Below, one piece after another: positions 41,767-55,893 of a stretch of 64,000 bases of DNA. This DNA comes from an uncultured Chloroflexia bacterium. GTDB taxonomy: Bacteria > Chloroflexota > Dehalococcoidia > DSTF01 > JALHUB01. Position numbers and translations under genes: made by a program. Numbering within the stretch: the first letter of the stretch is position 1; the number at the start of each line of letters is the position of its first letter. Below the pieces are notes generated by a model. It was not told the origin of the DNA. It did not search any database and saw only the letters and a program-made list of their open reading frames with translations. Location: the NCBI GenBank assembly GCA_963703345.1, contig OY969814.1:1216001-1280000 (forward strand). Reading direction: 5' to 3'.

Positions 41767-42402
41767 ATGGCAACACCGCTTGATGCTATAACCAGCATCC
41801 ACAAGGCTTTCCGTCGCGATATCGCAGAAATTGACGATGCGGCATACAAGGCCGCAGCAGGCGACGGTGATTTGTCGGTTGTTGTGGATCGACTTCGCTT
41901 TTTCAGCGAGATTTTGCGATGGCATGCAGACGGCGAGGAAAAGACGGTGTTCTCGACCATGGACAGAGTGGCGCCGCTCGTGGCGAGGCCCTACTTCCTA
42001 GATCACCGCCAGTTGGACATGATGACCGATGGCCTGGCCCAGGTGTCGGCTACGTCAGACCCGCTTATTACAGCCCGGGCCACGGCGGCGCTCAACACAC
42101 ACTTGCGAATTCACCTCGACAAAGAGGACGTACATCTCTATCCGATTCTGCGCGAGCGTACCCTAGCGGACGAGCAGGCCTCGATAGTCGGAACGATGGC
42201 CGGAGAAGTGCCGCCTGAGCGACAGCCCGAACTCATACGCTGGTGGTTCCCCCTGGTAGGACTCGATGATCGAGAGGTCACGATCAGCGTCTGGAAGGTG
42301 CTGATGCCTGAGCCCGTGTTCGCCAGGCTGAAACCGCTTATCCAAGACACCATTGGACCGGATTGGGCGGAGCTAACGCGGCGAATCCCAGGACTAGCCT
42401 AG
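41767..42402 (+). CDS. Hemerythrin-domain protein
   Basis: HKAFRRD, HADGEE, DH and HLDKED motifs. Confidence 0.85.
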   Translation: MATPLDAITSIHKAFRRDIAEIDDAAYKAAAGDGDLSVVVDRLRFFSEILRWHADGEEKTVFSTMDRVAPLVARPYFLDHRQLDMMTDGLAQVSATSDPLITARATAALNTHLRIHLDKEDVHLYPILRERTLADEQASIVGTMAGEVPPERQPELIRWWFPLVGLDDREVTISVWKVLMPEPVFARLKPLIQDTIGPDWAELTRRIPGLA

Positions 42403-42587
42403 CATGATTCCATTCCCCGGCCCCTGCACCGGCGACGAGCAGGGTGGTCCGCCTTCGATAGCACGGTAACTTTCGGGCTTCAACTTCGGGGCTGGAAGCT
42501 GGGGCCATAGCGCATGGGGGGCGGACTTAGGAGACCGTCGAGACCGGAGGCGCTAAGCGACGCCTATCATTCGTTTGGCAGCGGTTT

Positions 42588-42706
42588 TGGTGGGCGATGC
42601 AGGGCTCGAACCTGCGACCTTCTGGGTGTAAAGCATCTGAGGCTGAGCGCTGTGCATCAGATTCGGCACCCCCGAGCGAAAACGCGGAAGTTATCATCTG
42701 GAAAAT
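42588..42706 (-). repeat. tRNA-Val 3' half plus arm, copy 5 (proximal; arm diverges after GGAAAAT)
   Basis: Same element; GACTAGT reappears at 42741-42747. Confidence 0.93.
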
Positions 42707-42742
42707 CTGATGCTGCGAATGAGGCTAATGGCTGGCGCAAGA

Positions 42743-43453
42743 CTAGTGCGTTCGTTGCACCATCGAGCTCAATAAGTGTACAGCTTCATCGGGAAGACCG
42801 GAGTCGCCGATGCGAAGGATATTCAGTCTGAAGATGAGTTGAGCCTTCCTTGAGAAGGCTATTGTGAGAATGACGGGGACTATTTGGTTTCCGCTGGGGA
42901 GGGTTGCGTTGACTTCCGCACCCCACGATTCATCGCCGATCTGTGGGAAATCGAGTTTCTGAACGGCTCCGTAGGATACGCCCTTGCAGGAGGTGTTGGC
43001 CAGTTGCGATATCCCATCGGCCATATAGTTGAAAGCCATGGCGGCACCGGTCTGGTCTTGGAAGACGTGTATTCCTGAACTTATCTCGAAGACGCCGTCC
43101 GAGGCTGTCTGCGTTCCTTCGGATGGTCGGAAATCGTTGCCGTAGCCTCCGAGTTCGTGAGAGGCGTCGAACACCGCCCCGGTATTGGGATCGCACGAAG
43201 AGCTAATGGCGTTTTCCCGTGTCCCTGCTCCAGACCGCGCGGGGTCGAGGGCGAATGTACTGTAGGTAATAGGCAGATCACCAGCCCTCAGAACCATATT
43301 AGGAAGATCTGCCAGGGAAAGGGGGGTAGTTGTTGGGCTGGTGCTCGTTGCCACGCTTTGCGGGGTGGAGTTGCCTCGGCCACAGGCGCATATTACCAAC
43401 GCTATGCCGGTCGCAATGAGGAGGAAGAGTCTCGGGTGCATGATTCGCCTCAT
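42743..43453 (-). CDS. Hypothetical lipoprotein
   Basis: Signal peptide with ICAC lipobox, S/T linker; minus-strand TTGACC-16-TATAAT at 43557-43584. Confidence 0.75.
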   Translation of the reverse strand: MRRIMHPRLFLLIATGIALVICACGRGNSTPQSVATSTSPTTTPLSLADLPNMVLRAGDLPITYSTFALDPARSGAGTRENAISSSCDPNTGAVFDASHELGGYGNDFRPSEGTQTASDGVFEISSGIHVFQDQTGAAMAFNYMADGISQLANTSCKGVSYGAVQKLDFPQIGDESWGAEVNATLPSGNQIVPVILTIAFSRKAQLIFRLNILRIGDSGLPDEAVHLLSSMVQRTH

Positions 43454-43608
43454 GTAGGCAGATCGGCGTGCTCCTGCGGCCGTTCGGAGGTCGGATCGCC
43501 TGCGAAAGGCCGAACCGAATCAAGAGCGAGTTGTTCAGGGAACGGGTAGTGTGGCCATTATAGGCCTCCCAGACGCTGGGTCAACCATGCGGGGGTTGCT
43601 GAGAGTTC

Positions 43609-43685
43609 TGGTGGGCGATGCAGGGCTCGAACCTGCGACCTTCTGGGTGTAAACCAGACGCTCTATCCAACTGAGCTAATCGCCC
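43609..43685 (-). tRNA. tRNA-Val(TAC), intact
   Basis: GGGCGATTAGCTCAGTTGGATAGAGCGTCTGG-TTTACAC-CCAGA...GTTCGAG...TCGCCCACCA; promoter TTGACG-17-TAGGAT at 43706-43734. Confidence 0.96.
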
Positions 43686-43819
43686 ACGCTTCGGCAGGCG
43701 TTTCGATCCTATAGGGGAGGTCCCGCCGCGTCAAGCCGGAGAGCTCGCTCCCAAGTCTTCGCGCGGATTTCGAGGGAGTGCCGGCATGCGCCCGGGAGGC
43801 GGGCGGGAGAGCGTTCCAC

Positions 43820-43852
43820 AAAAGGAGAGTCCGCCTTTCGGCGGACTCAAAA
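43820..43852 (-). terminator. rRNA operon terminator
   Basis: GAGTCCGCC-GAAA-GGCGGACTC hairpin followed by TCCTTTT on the minus strand. Confidence 0.8.
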
Positions 43853-43854
43853 GT

Positions 43855-43972
43855 CCTGGCAGTGGCCTATTTTCCGCAGGGAGTTGCCCCCCAAGTATCG
43901 TCGGCGCTGAGGCGTTTCACTTCCGTGTTCGGGATGGGAACGGGTGGTTCCACCTCGCTCTGACCACCAGAA
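43855..43972 (-). rRNA. rrf: 5S rRNA
   Basis: Reverse complement contains CCCGTTCCCATCCCGAACACGGAAGTGAAAC. Confidence 0.95.
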
Positions 43973-43982
43973 CGAACAAACT

Positions 43983-44057
43983 TGGTAGCGGGAGGAGGAT
44001 TCGAACCTCCGACCTTCGGGTTATGAGCCCGACGAGCTGCCACTGCTCCATCCCGCG
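43983..44057 (-). tRNA. Initiator tRNA-fMet(CAT)
   Basis: C1:A72 mismatch, GGG/CCC anticodon stem, CTCATAA loop. Confidence 0.95.
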
Positions 44058-44135
44058 ATGCCAAACTGCCTGTCGCAGGCACAGTATCAACTGAACGTAG
44101 GTAGCGTCTGCACTCTTTCGCGCGCGTATTAATGT

Positions 44136-47129
<2,994 letters not shown>

Positions 47130-47358
47130 ACACTAATACCCGCGCATTAAAGATGCGTCCGCTACCATGTTCAGTTGTTAATGTGCTTTCCACAAAACTA
47201 TCGGCCTGATGCCTCAAGCCGATAGGGTCGCTTCTCGCATCAGCCGGACTGGCTATTCGGTTATCAGTTGGCCGAAAACCATCTAATTACCGCTAGTCCT
47301 CCGTTAACCTCACTGAGTGTACCTCATCGGCCGTACTTTGACAAGTGCCCGGTGTGGC

Positions 47359-47434
47359 TGGTGGAGCCGAGGGGATTCGAACCCCTGACCTCCGCCGTGC
47401 AAAGGCGGCGCTCTCCCAGCTAAGCTACGGCCCC
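47359..47434 (-). tRNA. tRNA-Ala(TGC)
   Basis: Cloverleaf, TTTGCAC loop, in the 16S-23S spacer. Confidence 0.95.
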
Positions 47435-47440
47435 AGTCTT

Positions 47441-47517
47441 TGGTGGGCCATGGTGGAGTCGAACCACCGACCTCGGTCTTATCAGGACCGCGCTCTAACC
47501 AGCTGAGCTAATGGCCC
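47441..47517 (-). tRNA. tRNA-Ile(GAT)
   Basis: Cloverleaf, CTGATAA loop, in the 16S-23S spacer. Confidence 0.95.
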
Positions 47518-47737
47518 AGTTTACAGCAGCGACCTGTCCGCCGACGGCGGACCGCTCTGACCAGCAGGGCTAGTGGCCCGACCGTCAACCTACAATGACA
47601 CCTTAACTCCTGGATAGCGGAAGGAACGCCCCGTGGGACGAGAGGGGCATAGGTTTGACGATGGATCCGGTTACCCGGATCGCACCGATCGACCTAGGAT
47701 GAGCTTGGTCGCCAGAGGCAACCTCGCTTCTCCCTAG

Positions 47738-49247
<1,510 letters not shown>

Positions 49248-49453
49248 AACCTTCATCCCGGAAACGAATTCCCGGGACAAAGACCAAACGGTCTGGCCCC
49301 ACATTGTTCCTTCCGCTATCCAGTTGTTAAGGTGCCCAGCCGTCGAAGCCGACGACACACAAAATTAACACGACCCTCGCATCCTCGCTTATCGGAGCGA
49401 GAGCCTGTGTTAACGATGAGCGTTAGAAAGGCGGCTCAGTCCACCGCGACATG

Positions 49454-49482
49454 AGTCTATCATCGTCGAACGCGCTTGTCAA
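49454..49482 (-). promoter_or_regulatory. rRNA operon promoter
   Basis: TTGACA-17 bp-TAGACT on the minus strand, overlapping the tilS 3' end. Confidence 0.7.
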
Positions 49483-50995
49483 GGGCCGACGGCCGATTCG
49501 GCGAATCCCCTTCCTCCGCATCGCCGGACTCCGCCGCGCTCAGGCGCAGCACCCGCCGCGTCGACGGCGAAAGCTTCGTCCGTTCGGCGATGCGGTAGCC
49601 GGCGACCCAGACGATGCCTACTTCGTCCTCTACGACCGGTACGCTGTCGCGCCGTCGCCGCGGCACCTTGAGGTCCACGAAGACGTCCTGGAGCTTCTTT
49701 TCGCCCGCGAGCCCATGCCTACCGGCAGGCAGGCCCAGCGGTTGGAAGCGGTCGCCGGGGCGGCGCCGTCGCGCCCGCAGCCCGCCGACGAGCGAATCGG
49801 CGTCCAACGTGGCTTCCCAGGCGCTCTCGGACAATGGCGCGTTGTCATGGTAGAGCGACGCTTCGATCCGCCATCTGCCCGCCGTCGTAACGCCCGGCAC
49901 GACGAGGGGGACGCCGTCCACCGGCAGGGCCTCGACCGCTGACTGGTTCAGCGCGAGGACGAGATCGCCATATTCGACGTGCAGATGCAGGCCGCGCGGC
50001 AAGTCTAGCTCCGTTCCGGCCGGCTTCGCCGCTGCTGCCGCCATCGCTTGCAGATGCCGCTCCGTCAGGTCCTTCGCGTCGCCGAGTAGCTTCGATGCGG
50101 CCAGGCGCATGACCTGCGGCATCAGTTCCGCCGGTGCCTGTTGGAGAGATGCCAGCGAGAACCGCACGGTGCTGTCATCGATGGTAGCCGATTGCGCCAG
50201 CGCTCTCTCCGCGGCCTCCTCCAGCGCCCGCCGTTCCGTTGCCGCCGCTCTCGCCAACCGCAAAAGCGAGGCGTCGACGCCCGGGATGTGTGCGCGCAGC
50301 AGGGGCAGCAGCTCGTTGCGCACGACGTTGCGCTTGTGCCGCGGCGAGCGGTTCGTGGCGTCCTCCAGCGGCTCGCGGCCCATCTCGCGGCAGTACGACT
50401 GCGTCTCGGAACGTCGCACCTCAAGGAGCGGTCGCACGAGCGTGAGGTCGTGTTCTTCCGCAGGGGCTACCGGCCACGGCGAACGCGGCAGCATCCCGGC
50501 CAGGCCTGTCAGCCCGCTGCCCCGCAGGATGTGCAGCAGTACCGTTTCTATCTGGTCGTCCGCAGTGTGTCCGACGGCGACTATCCGCGTTCCGGCCTCT
50601 CGCGCGGCGCGGGCCAGGAAGCGATAACGCACCTCTCGCGCCGCTTCTTCGATGCCGAGGCGTTTTTCACGCGCGTACGTCCGGACGTCGTCAGAGCCGA
50701 CCGTCAGCGGGACACCGAGGTCACCGGCGAGGCGAGCGACGGTCTCCCGCTCCTCCTCCGACGCCTTGTTCCCGCGTAACTGGTGGTCGAAGTGGGCGGC
50801 ATGCAGGACGAGGCCGAGCCGGGGCGCGAGGCGGACGAGCAGCAGGAGCAGCGCTGTCGAGTCGGCGCCGCCGGAGACGCCAACGACCACGCATTCGCCG
50901 GCCGCGAGCAGCCCCTGCGCGTTGATGTAGCGGAAAACTCGCCGCTCGATGCTGCGAGCCTGCGGCGTCGTCTCGACAGGTCGGGATGTAGACAT
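49460..50995 (-). CDS. tilS: tRNA(Ile)-lysidine synthetase
   Basis: GVSGGADS, EEAAREVRY, GHTADDQIET, RPLL and TilS C-terminal KKLQDVFVDLKVP motifs. Confidence 0.95.
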   Translation of the reverse strand: MSTSRPVETTPQARSIERRVFRYINAQGLLAAGECVVVGVSGGADSTALLLLLVRLAPRLGLVLHAAHFDHQLRGNKASEEERETVARLAGDLGVPLTVGSDDVRTYAREKRLGIEEAAREVRYRFLARAAREAGTRIVAVGHTADDQIETVLLHILRGSGLTGLAGMLPRSPWPVAPAEEHDLTLVRPLLEVRRSETQSYCREMGREPLEDATNRSPRHKRNVVRNELLPLLRAHIPGVDASLLRLARAAATERRALEEAAERALAQSATIDDSTVRFSLASLQQAPAELMPQVMRLAASKLLGDAKDLTERHLQAMAAAAAKPAGTELDLPRGLHLHVEYGDLVLALNQSAVEALPVDGVPLVVPGVTTAGRWRIEASLYHDNAPLSESAWEATLDADSLVGGLRARRRRPGDRFQPLGLPAGRHGLAGEKKLQDVFVDLKVPRRRRDSVPVVEDEVGIVWVAGYRIAERTKLSPSTRRVLRLSAAESGDAEEGDSPNRPSALDKRVRR

Positions 50996-51064
50996 AACGT
51001 TACTGTTGCTTATGATGAAGGCCAGGTCAATGCCTGGCCTCTGTCTCCTTGCTCGTCGCCGGTT

Positions 51065-51478
51065 CTATTGTCCGAAGAGCGATTCCCACCAGGCGCCGGC
51101 TGCCGGCGTCGGCGCCGCTGCAGGCGTCCCCGCGTCCGTTTCCGGCGAGGAGACGATGACCCGCGTCTCGCCCGGCTTCACGAGGCCGAGCACCCGACGC
51201 GCTACGCTTTCGATGTACTCGTCGGACGAAAGGTATTCGCGGACGGAGACGAGCTCGTCGTGCTGGCGGTCGAGGTTGGCGATCTCCCGTCGGACCGAGG
51301 TCTCGTCCTGCGCCAGGCCGTGCGATTTCAGAGCGGTAGCGACGGTTGTGAAGAGGAGGTAGCCTGCGACGACGGCCGCCACTACGAGGATTATCCGGGG
51401 CACCGAACGTCCCAACACGTCCTTCGCGTCCTCTCCCTCGGACACGCCGTCCGCCCCTTTTCGGGCCGCGCTTAACAT
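51065..51478 (-). CDS. Septum formation initiator (FtsB/DivIC family)
   Basis: One TM, coiled coil, YIESVARRVLGLVKPGE; true start may be downstream. Confidence 0.85.
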   Translation of the reverse strand: MLSAARKGADGVSEGEDAKDVLGRSVPRIILVVAAVVAGYLLFTTVATALKSHGLAQDETSVRREIANLDRQHDELVSVREYLSSDEYIESVARRVLGLVKPGETRVIVSSPETDAGTPAAAPTPAAGAWWESLFGQ

Positions 51479-51577
51479 AGCACAGGAAAACCGTCATTAC
51501 AAGTGCAAGCGCTTATTCGTTTCGTCGCGAGGCGCGGCCTTGAATTTGCTGAGTGATTCCGCTAGACTGTGCCGGTT

Positions 51578-53275
51578 ATGGCGGCAACGAACGAGGAAAT
51601 CGGGTTTGAGCACAAGGGCATCGGCGACGTGCTTGCGCACAACCGCCTAGTAGTACCCCTTAATCAGAGGGAGTACTCCTGGGAAGAAGAACACGTCGAA
51701 GACCTGTTCCGGGATTTCGCGAACGCCATAGCGAACGACAGAGCCACCTATTTTCTCGGGACGATTGTGCTGACGAGAGGCGACGGCGACATTCCGGAGG
51801 TTTCCGACGGACAACAGAGACTAGCGACGACAACCATCCTTCTGTCCGCGATTAGGGACTACTTCTTCGGCACCGACGATGCCATCCGCGCCAGATCGAT
51901 TGAGTCTGATTTCCTAAGAACAACAGACATCGAAACAACGCAGATCGTGCCGAAGCTCCGGCTGAACGTAGACGACAACGAGTTCTTCACCAAGTTCATC
52001 CTTGCGGAGCCGTCCTCTCCCGACCGCGGGGTCAAAGCGACAAAGGAATCTCATAGCAGAATTCAGCGTGCCTCACAGATCGCGGCGAAACACATTGAGG
52101 CGATTCTTGAGCCTTATAAGGAGTCCGCTAGGACCGCGCGGCTCTTAGAGTGGGTGAAATTCATTCGACAAGGCGCTCAAGTAATCCTGCTTCGTGTGCC
52201 AGACCACCTGAACGCATTCATGATGTTCGAGACCCTGAACGATCGAGGACTGAAAGCGTCGCAGGCTGACCTTCTCAAGAACCATCTACTTAGCTACTCA
52301 GGAGACCGCATAAGGGAAGCCCAACAGAAGTGGAGCGCGATGACGAGTGTGCTGGAGACCCTTGGGGAAGATGATGTCACCGTCACTTATCTGCAGCATT
52401 TGCTCATAACAAAATTCGGCCCCACTAAGGAGCGCGAGGTATTCGACAGAGTTAGACAGGCGGTCAACAGCCAGGGCCGCGCCATTGAATTCCTCGATGA
52501 GATTGCCGACGGAGCAAATGACTACGTCGCGCTCTTCAACTCGGATCACAGGAAGTGGAACGAGTACGGCACCAGCACGAGAAACCATATTGCGACCATC
52601 AACCGCGATCTGCGCGTCCAGCAGATCCGCCCGCTGATGTTCGCCGTATCGCGGCACTTCGCCGTGAAGGAAGCTCAGATCGCGTTTCGCCTGTTCGTCT
52701 TCTGGTCGGTGAGATTCCTCATAGCTGGGGGGCGTGGGGGTCTTTTGGCCAGCCACTACGCACTCCGTGCTCAGGAAATCGCGTCGGGGAAGATAAAGAC
52801 GGCGAAGGGCTTGACCGACGCACTGGAAGAGATCGTCCCGGGGGACGCGTTGTTCGAAACGGCGTTTGCGGAGGCTCGCGTGTCTCAAGGTCACCTTGCC
52901 CGGTACTACCTTCGAGCCCTGGAGCTCAAGGCAAGCGGCTCGGCGGAGCCCGAGTGGGTTCCGATGAACGACGAGAAGGTCGTCAATTTGGAGCACATCC
53001 TGCCGGAGAATCCTGAAGGGGAGTGGGTGCAGATAGATCCCGAGACGGCCGCTGCCTACTGGCGGCGCATAGGCAACATGGTTATCCTTCAGGCAACACA
53101 GAACTCAATTATCGGAAACAGTTCCTTTGCGGAAAAGAAGAAGACGCTTCAGGATTCATCATATTTGCTCACGTACGAAGTTGGACAAAACGACGTGTGG
53201 GGCATCGAGCAGATCAAAGCGCGGCAGAAGCGCCTGGCTCAACTCGCGGTCGCCACCTGGCCAATGAAGATATAG
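51578..53275 (+). CDS. DUF262-DUF1524 protein (GmrSD-like restriction/defence nuclease)
   Basis: P.NQREYSW, DGQQRL, FETLNDRG and C-terminal LEHILP...IGNMVIL...N (HNH-like). Confidence 0.85.
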   Translation: MAATNEEIGFEHKGIGDVLAHNRLVVPLNQREYSWEEEHVEDLFRDFANAIANDRATYFLGTIVLTRGDGDIPEVSDGQQRLATTTILLSAIRDYFFGTDDAIRARSIESDFLRTTDIETTQIVPKLRLNVDDNEFFTKFILAEPSSPDRGVKATKESHSRIQRASQIAAKHIEAILEPYKESARTARLLEWVKFIRQGAQVILLRVPDHLNAFMMFETLNDRGLKASQADLLKNHLLSYSGDRIREAQQKWSAMTSVLETLGEDDVTVTYLQHLLITKFGPTKEREVFDRVRQAVNSQGRAIEFLDEIADGANDYVALFNSDHRKWNEYGTSTRNHIATINRDLRVQQIRPLMFAVSRHFAVKEAQIAFRLFVFWSVRFLIAGGRGGLLASHYALRAQEIASGKIKTAKGLTDALEEIVPGDALFETAFAEARVSQGHLARYYLRALELKASGSAEPEWVPMNDEKVVNLEHILPENPEGEWVQIDPETAAAYWRRIGNMVILQATQNSIIGNSSFAEKKKTLQDSSYLLTYEVGQNDVWGIEQIKARQKRLAQLAVATWPMKI

Positions 53276-53288
53276 CACTGTCCGTTCG

Positions 53289-53325
53289 CAAAAAGGAGGG
53301 CGGACCTTTTCAGATCCGCCCCCGG
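53289..53325. terminator. Hairpin between convergent genes
   Basis: AAAAAGGAGGGCGGA...TCCGCCCC; U-tract on the minus (clpC) strand. Confidence 0.55.
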
Positions 53326-53344
53326 GTTGCTGACCCCTTGAGTA

Positions 53345-55808
53345 TTACGTGAGCGCCGGCTGAGAGACGCCCTTCAAGTTCAGGCCGTCGTCGCCGCAGT
53401 CGATAACAACCGTATCGCCCGGGCCGAACTGGCCTTCGAGAAGCGCTTCTGATAGCCGGTCCTCAACCTCGTTCTGAATGAGACGCCGCAGCGGCCGCGC
53501 GCCAAACGTCTCGTCGTAGCCCTTGTCGCCGAGCCATTCCTTCGCGGCGTCGGTGATCTCAAGCGTGATCCCCTTGAAGGAGAGCTGGATATCGACCTCG
53601 CGCAGCATCAGGTCGACGATGGCGCGGATGTGGTCGCGGGAGAGCGCGTGGAACACCACAGTGCTGTCGACGCGGTTCAGGAACTCCGGCCGGAACGTGT
53701 TCTTCAGCTCGTTGAGCACCTTCTCGCGCATCTTCTTATGGCGTTGCTCCAGCGTCTTCGCCTCTTCCGTCTTCGTCGAGAAGCCGAGCGCCGTCTCCTT
53801 GCGGATCAGGTCGGAGCCGACGTTGCTCGTCATGATCAGGATCGTGTTTCGGAAATCGACCTTGCGCCCCTTGGCGTCCGTCAGATGCCCGTCGTCGAAG
53901 ATCTGGAGGAGCATGTTGAAGACCTCTGGATGCGCCTTCTCGATCTCGTCCAGCAGCACCAGGCAGTACGACTTTCGCCGCACAGTGTCCGTGAGCTGTC
54001 CCGCGTCCTCGTAGCCGACGTAGCCGGGGGGTGCCCCGACCAGTCGCGACACGGTGTGGCGTTCCATGAACTCCGACATGTCGAGCTTTATCATCGCGTC
54101 TTCGCTGCCGAACATGAACTCCGACAGCACGCGCGCCAGGTGCGTCTTCCCCACGCCGGTCGGGCCGAGGAAGATGAACACGCCTATGGGGCGTCGCGGG
54201 TCCTTGAGGCCGGCCCGCGCCCGCCGCACGGCCTTCGCCACCGCCGTTATCGCCTCGTCCTGGCCGATGACGCGGTCGTGCAGGCTTTCCTCCATCTGGA
54301 GCAGCCGCGCCGACTCCTCGCTGGCGATGCGCGAGACGGGAATGCCCGTCCACATGCTGACCACTTCGGCGATGTCCTCTTCGTTCACGACCGGCTTTGT
54401 CAGCTCACGCTGGTTCTCCCAGCCCTCTTCCATGTCGTCGAGCTTTTCCTGGAGCTTCATCTCGCGGTCGCGAAGCTCGGCGGCGTACTCGTATTGCTGG
54501 GCCGAGATCGCTGCTTCCTTTTCGCGACGCAGGCTGTCCAGCCCGTGCATCGCCTCTCTGAGCGAGGGAGGCGCCGTCGCCCGCGTGATGCGGACGCGCG
54601 AGGCGGCCTCGTCGACCAGGTCGATCGCCTTATCGGGCAGGAAGCGGTCGGAGACGTAGCGCGAAGCGAGCTGGGCCGCCGCTCTTACCGCCTCTTCCGA
54701 GATGGTGAGCTTGTGGTGGTCTTCGTAGCGCTCCTTGATGCCCATGAGGATGTCGATCGTCTCGTTCGACGTTCGGCTCCTCGACGAGCACCGGCTGGAG
54801 GCGCCGCTCCAGCGCCGCGTCGCGCTCGATGTGCTTGCGGTAGTCGTCCAGCGTCGTCGCGCCGACGCACTGGAGCTCGCCGCGGGATAGCGACGGCTTC
54901 AGGATGTTCGCCGCGTCGACAGCGCCTTCGGCCGCGCCCGCGCCGACGAGCATGTGCATCTCGTCGATGAACAGGATGCAGTTGCCGGCCGCCTTTATCT
55001 CTTCGATAACCTTCTTCAGGCGCTCCTCGAACTCGCCGCGGTACTTTGTGCCGGCGACCAGCGAGCCGATGTCCAGCGTCAGGAGCCGCTTGCCCTGCAA
55101 CGTCTCCGGCACCTGTCCGGCGACGATGCGGTGCGCCAGCCCCTCGACGATTGCAGTCTTGCCGACGCCGGGCTCGCCGATGAGCACCGGGTTGTTCTTG
55201 GTGCGTCGCGACAGGATCTGGATGACGCGCTGGATCTCGCTGTGACGGCCGATGACCGGGTCGAGCTTGCCGGCCCGTGAGGCCGCCGTGAGGTCCATGC
55301 CGAGCTGATCGACAGTCGGAGTGCGCGTCGTGGGACGGCCTGCCGGCTGTGCGCCGGGCGGCGTTGTCTGCGAGAGGATGCGCGTCGTCTCCGCGCGCAC
55401 TCGCTCCAGGTTCACGCCCAGGCTCTCAAGAACGCCGGCCGCGATGCCTTCGCCCTCGCGGACGAGGCCCAGCAGCAGGTGCTCGGTGCCGATGTAATGA
55501 TGATTCAGCCGCCGTGCCTCATCGACTGCCAGCTCGATGACCTTCTTGGCCCGCGGCGTCAGGCCTATCTCGCCCATCGTCGTGCGCTCGCCGCGCCCGA
55601 TGATGAACTCGACTGCCGAGCGCACCTTGTTGAGCTCGATGCCAAGGTTGGCGAGCACTTTTGCGGCCACGCCGTCGCCCTCGCGTACCAAGCCCAGCAA
55701 GAGATGCTCAGTACCGATATAATTGTGATTGAACCGCTGAGCCTCTTCCTGGGCGAGTGTCAGCACACGTCGTGCGCGCTCTGTGAATTTGTCAAATCTT
55801 TCTGCCAT
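53345..55808 (-). CDS. clpC: ATP-dependent Clp protease ATPase ClpC, with a one-base frameshift near 54765
   Basis: Clp-N repeats, [11 protein letters not shown]-type linker, GPTGVGKT; split between ORFs 54630-55808 and 53345-54745. Confidence 0.93.
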
Positions 55809-55893
55809 GCCAGTTTCCCTTGAATTCCCCTAGATCAACCTTAGCATACGGATCGAACCTAGTCTAGGGCCTCCATGGCAGCCGAACCTCTCC

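Larger units (their letters stand above)
36833..43685 (-). mobile_element. Tandem array of five small integrase-less cassettes at tRNA-Val
   Basis: Five att-like repeats in the same orientation as tRNA-Val, spaced 2553, 794, 1185, 1223 and 1021 bp, each interval holding unrelated genes. Confidence 0.8.

Noticed and set aside
36833-42706. Five extra tRNA-Val genes or intron-split tRNAs
   Set aside because: The copies lack the 5' acceptor strand, D-arm and 5' anticodon stem; no matching 5' half lies upstream of the arm.
36833-43685. CRISPR array or classical integron interpretation of the repeats
   Set aside because: Repeats are ~150 bp and tRNA-derived, spacers are gene-sized, and I see no cas genes, intI or attC-type inverted R-box structure.
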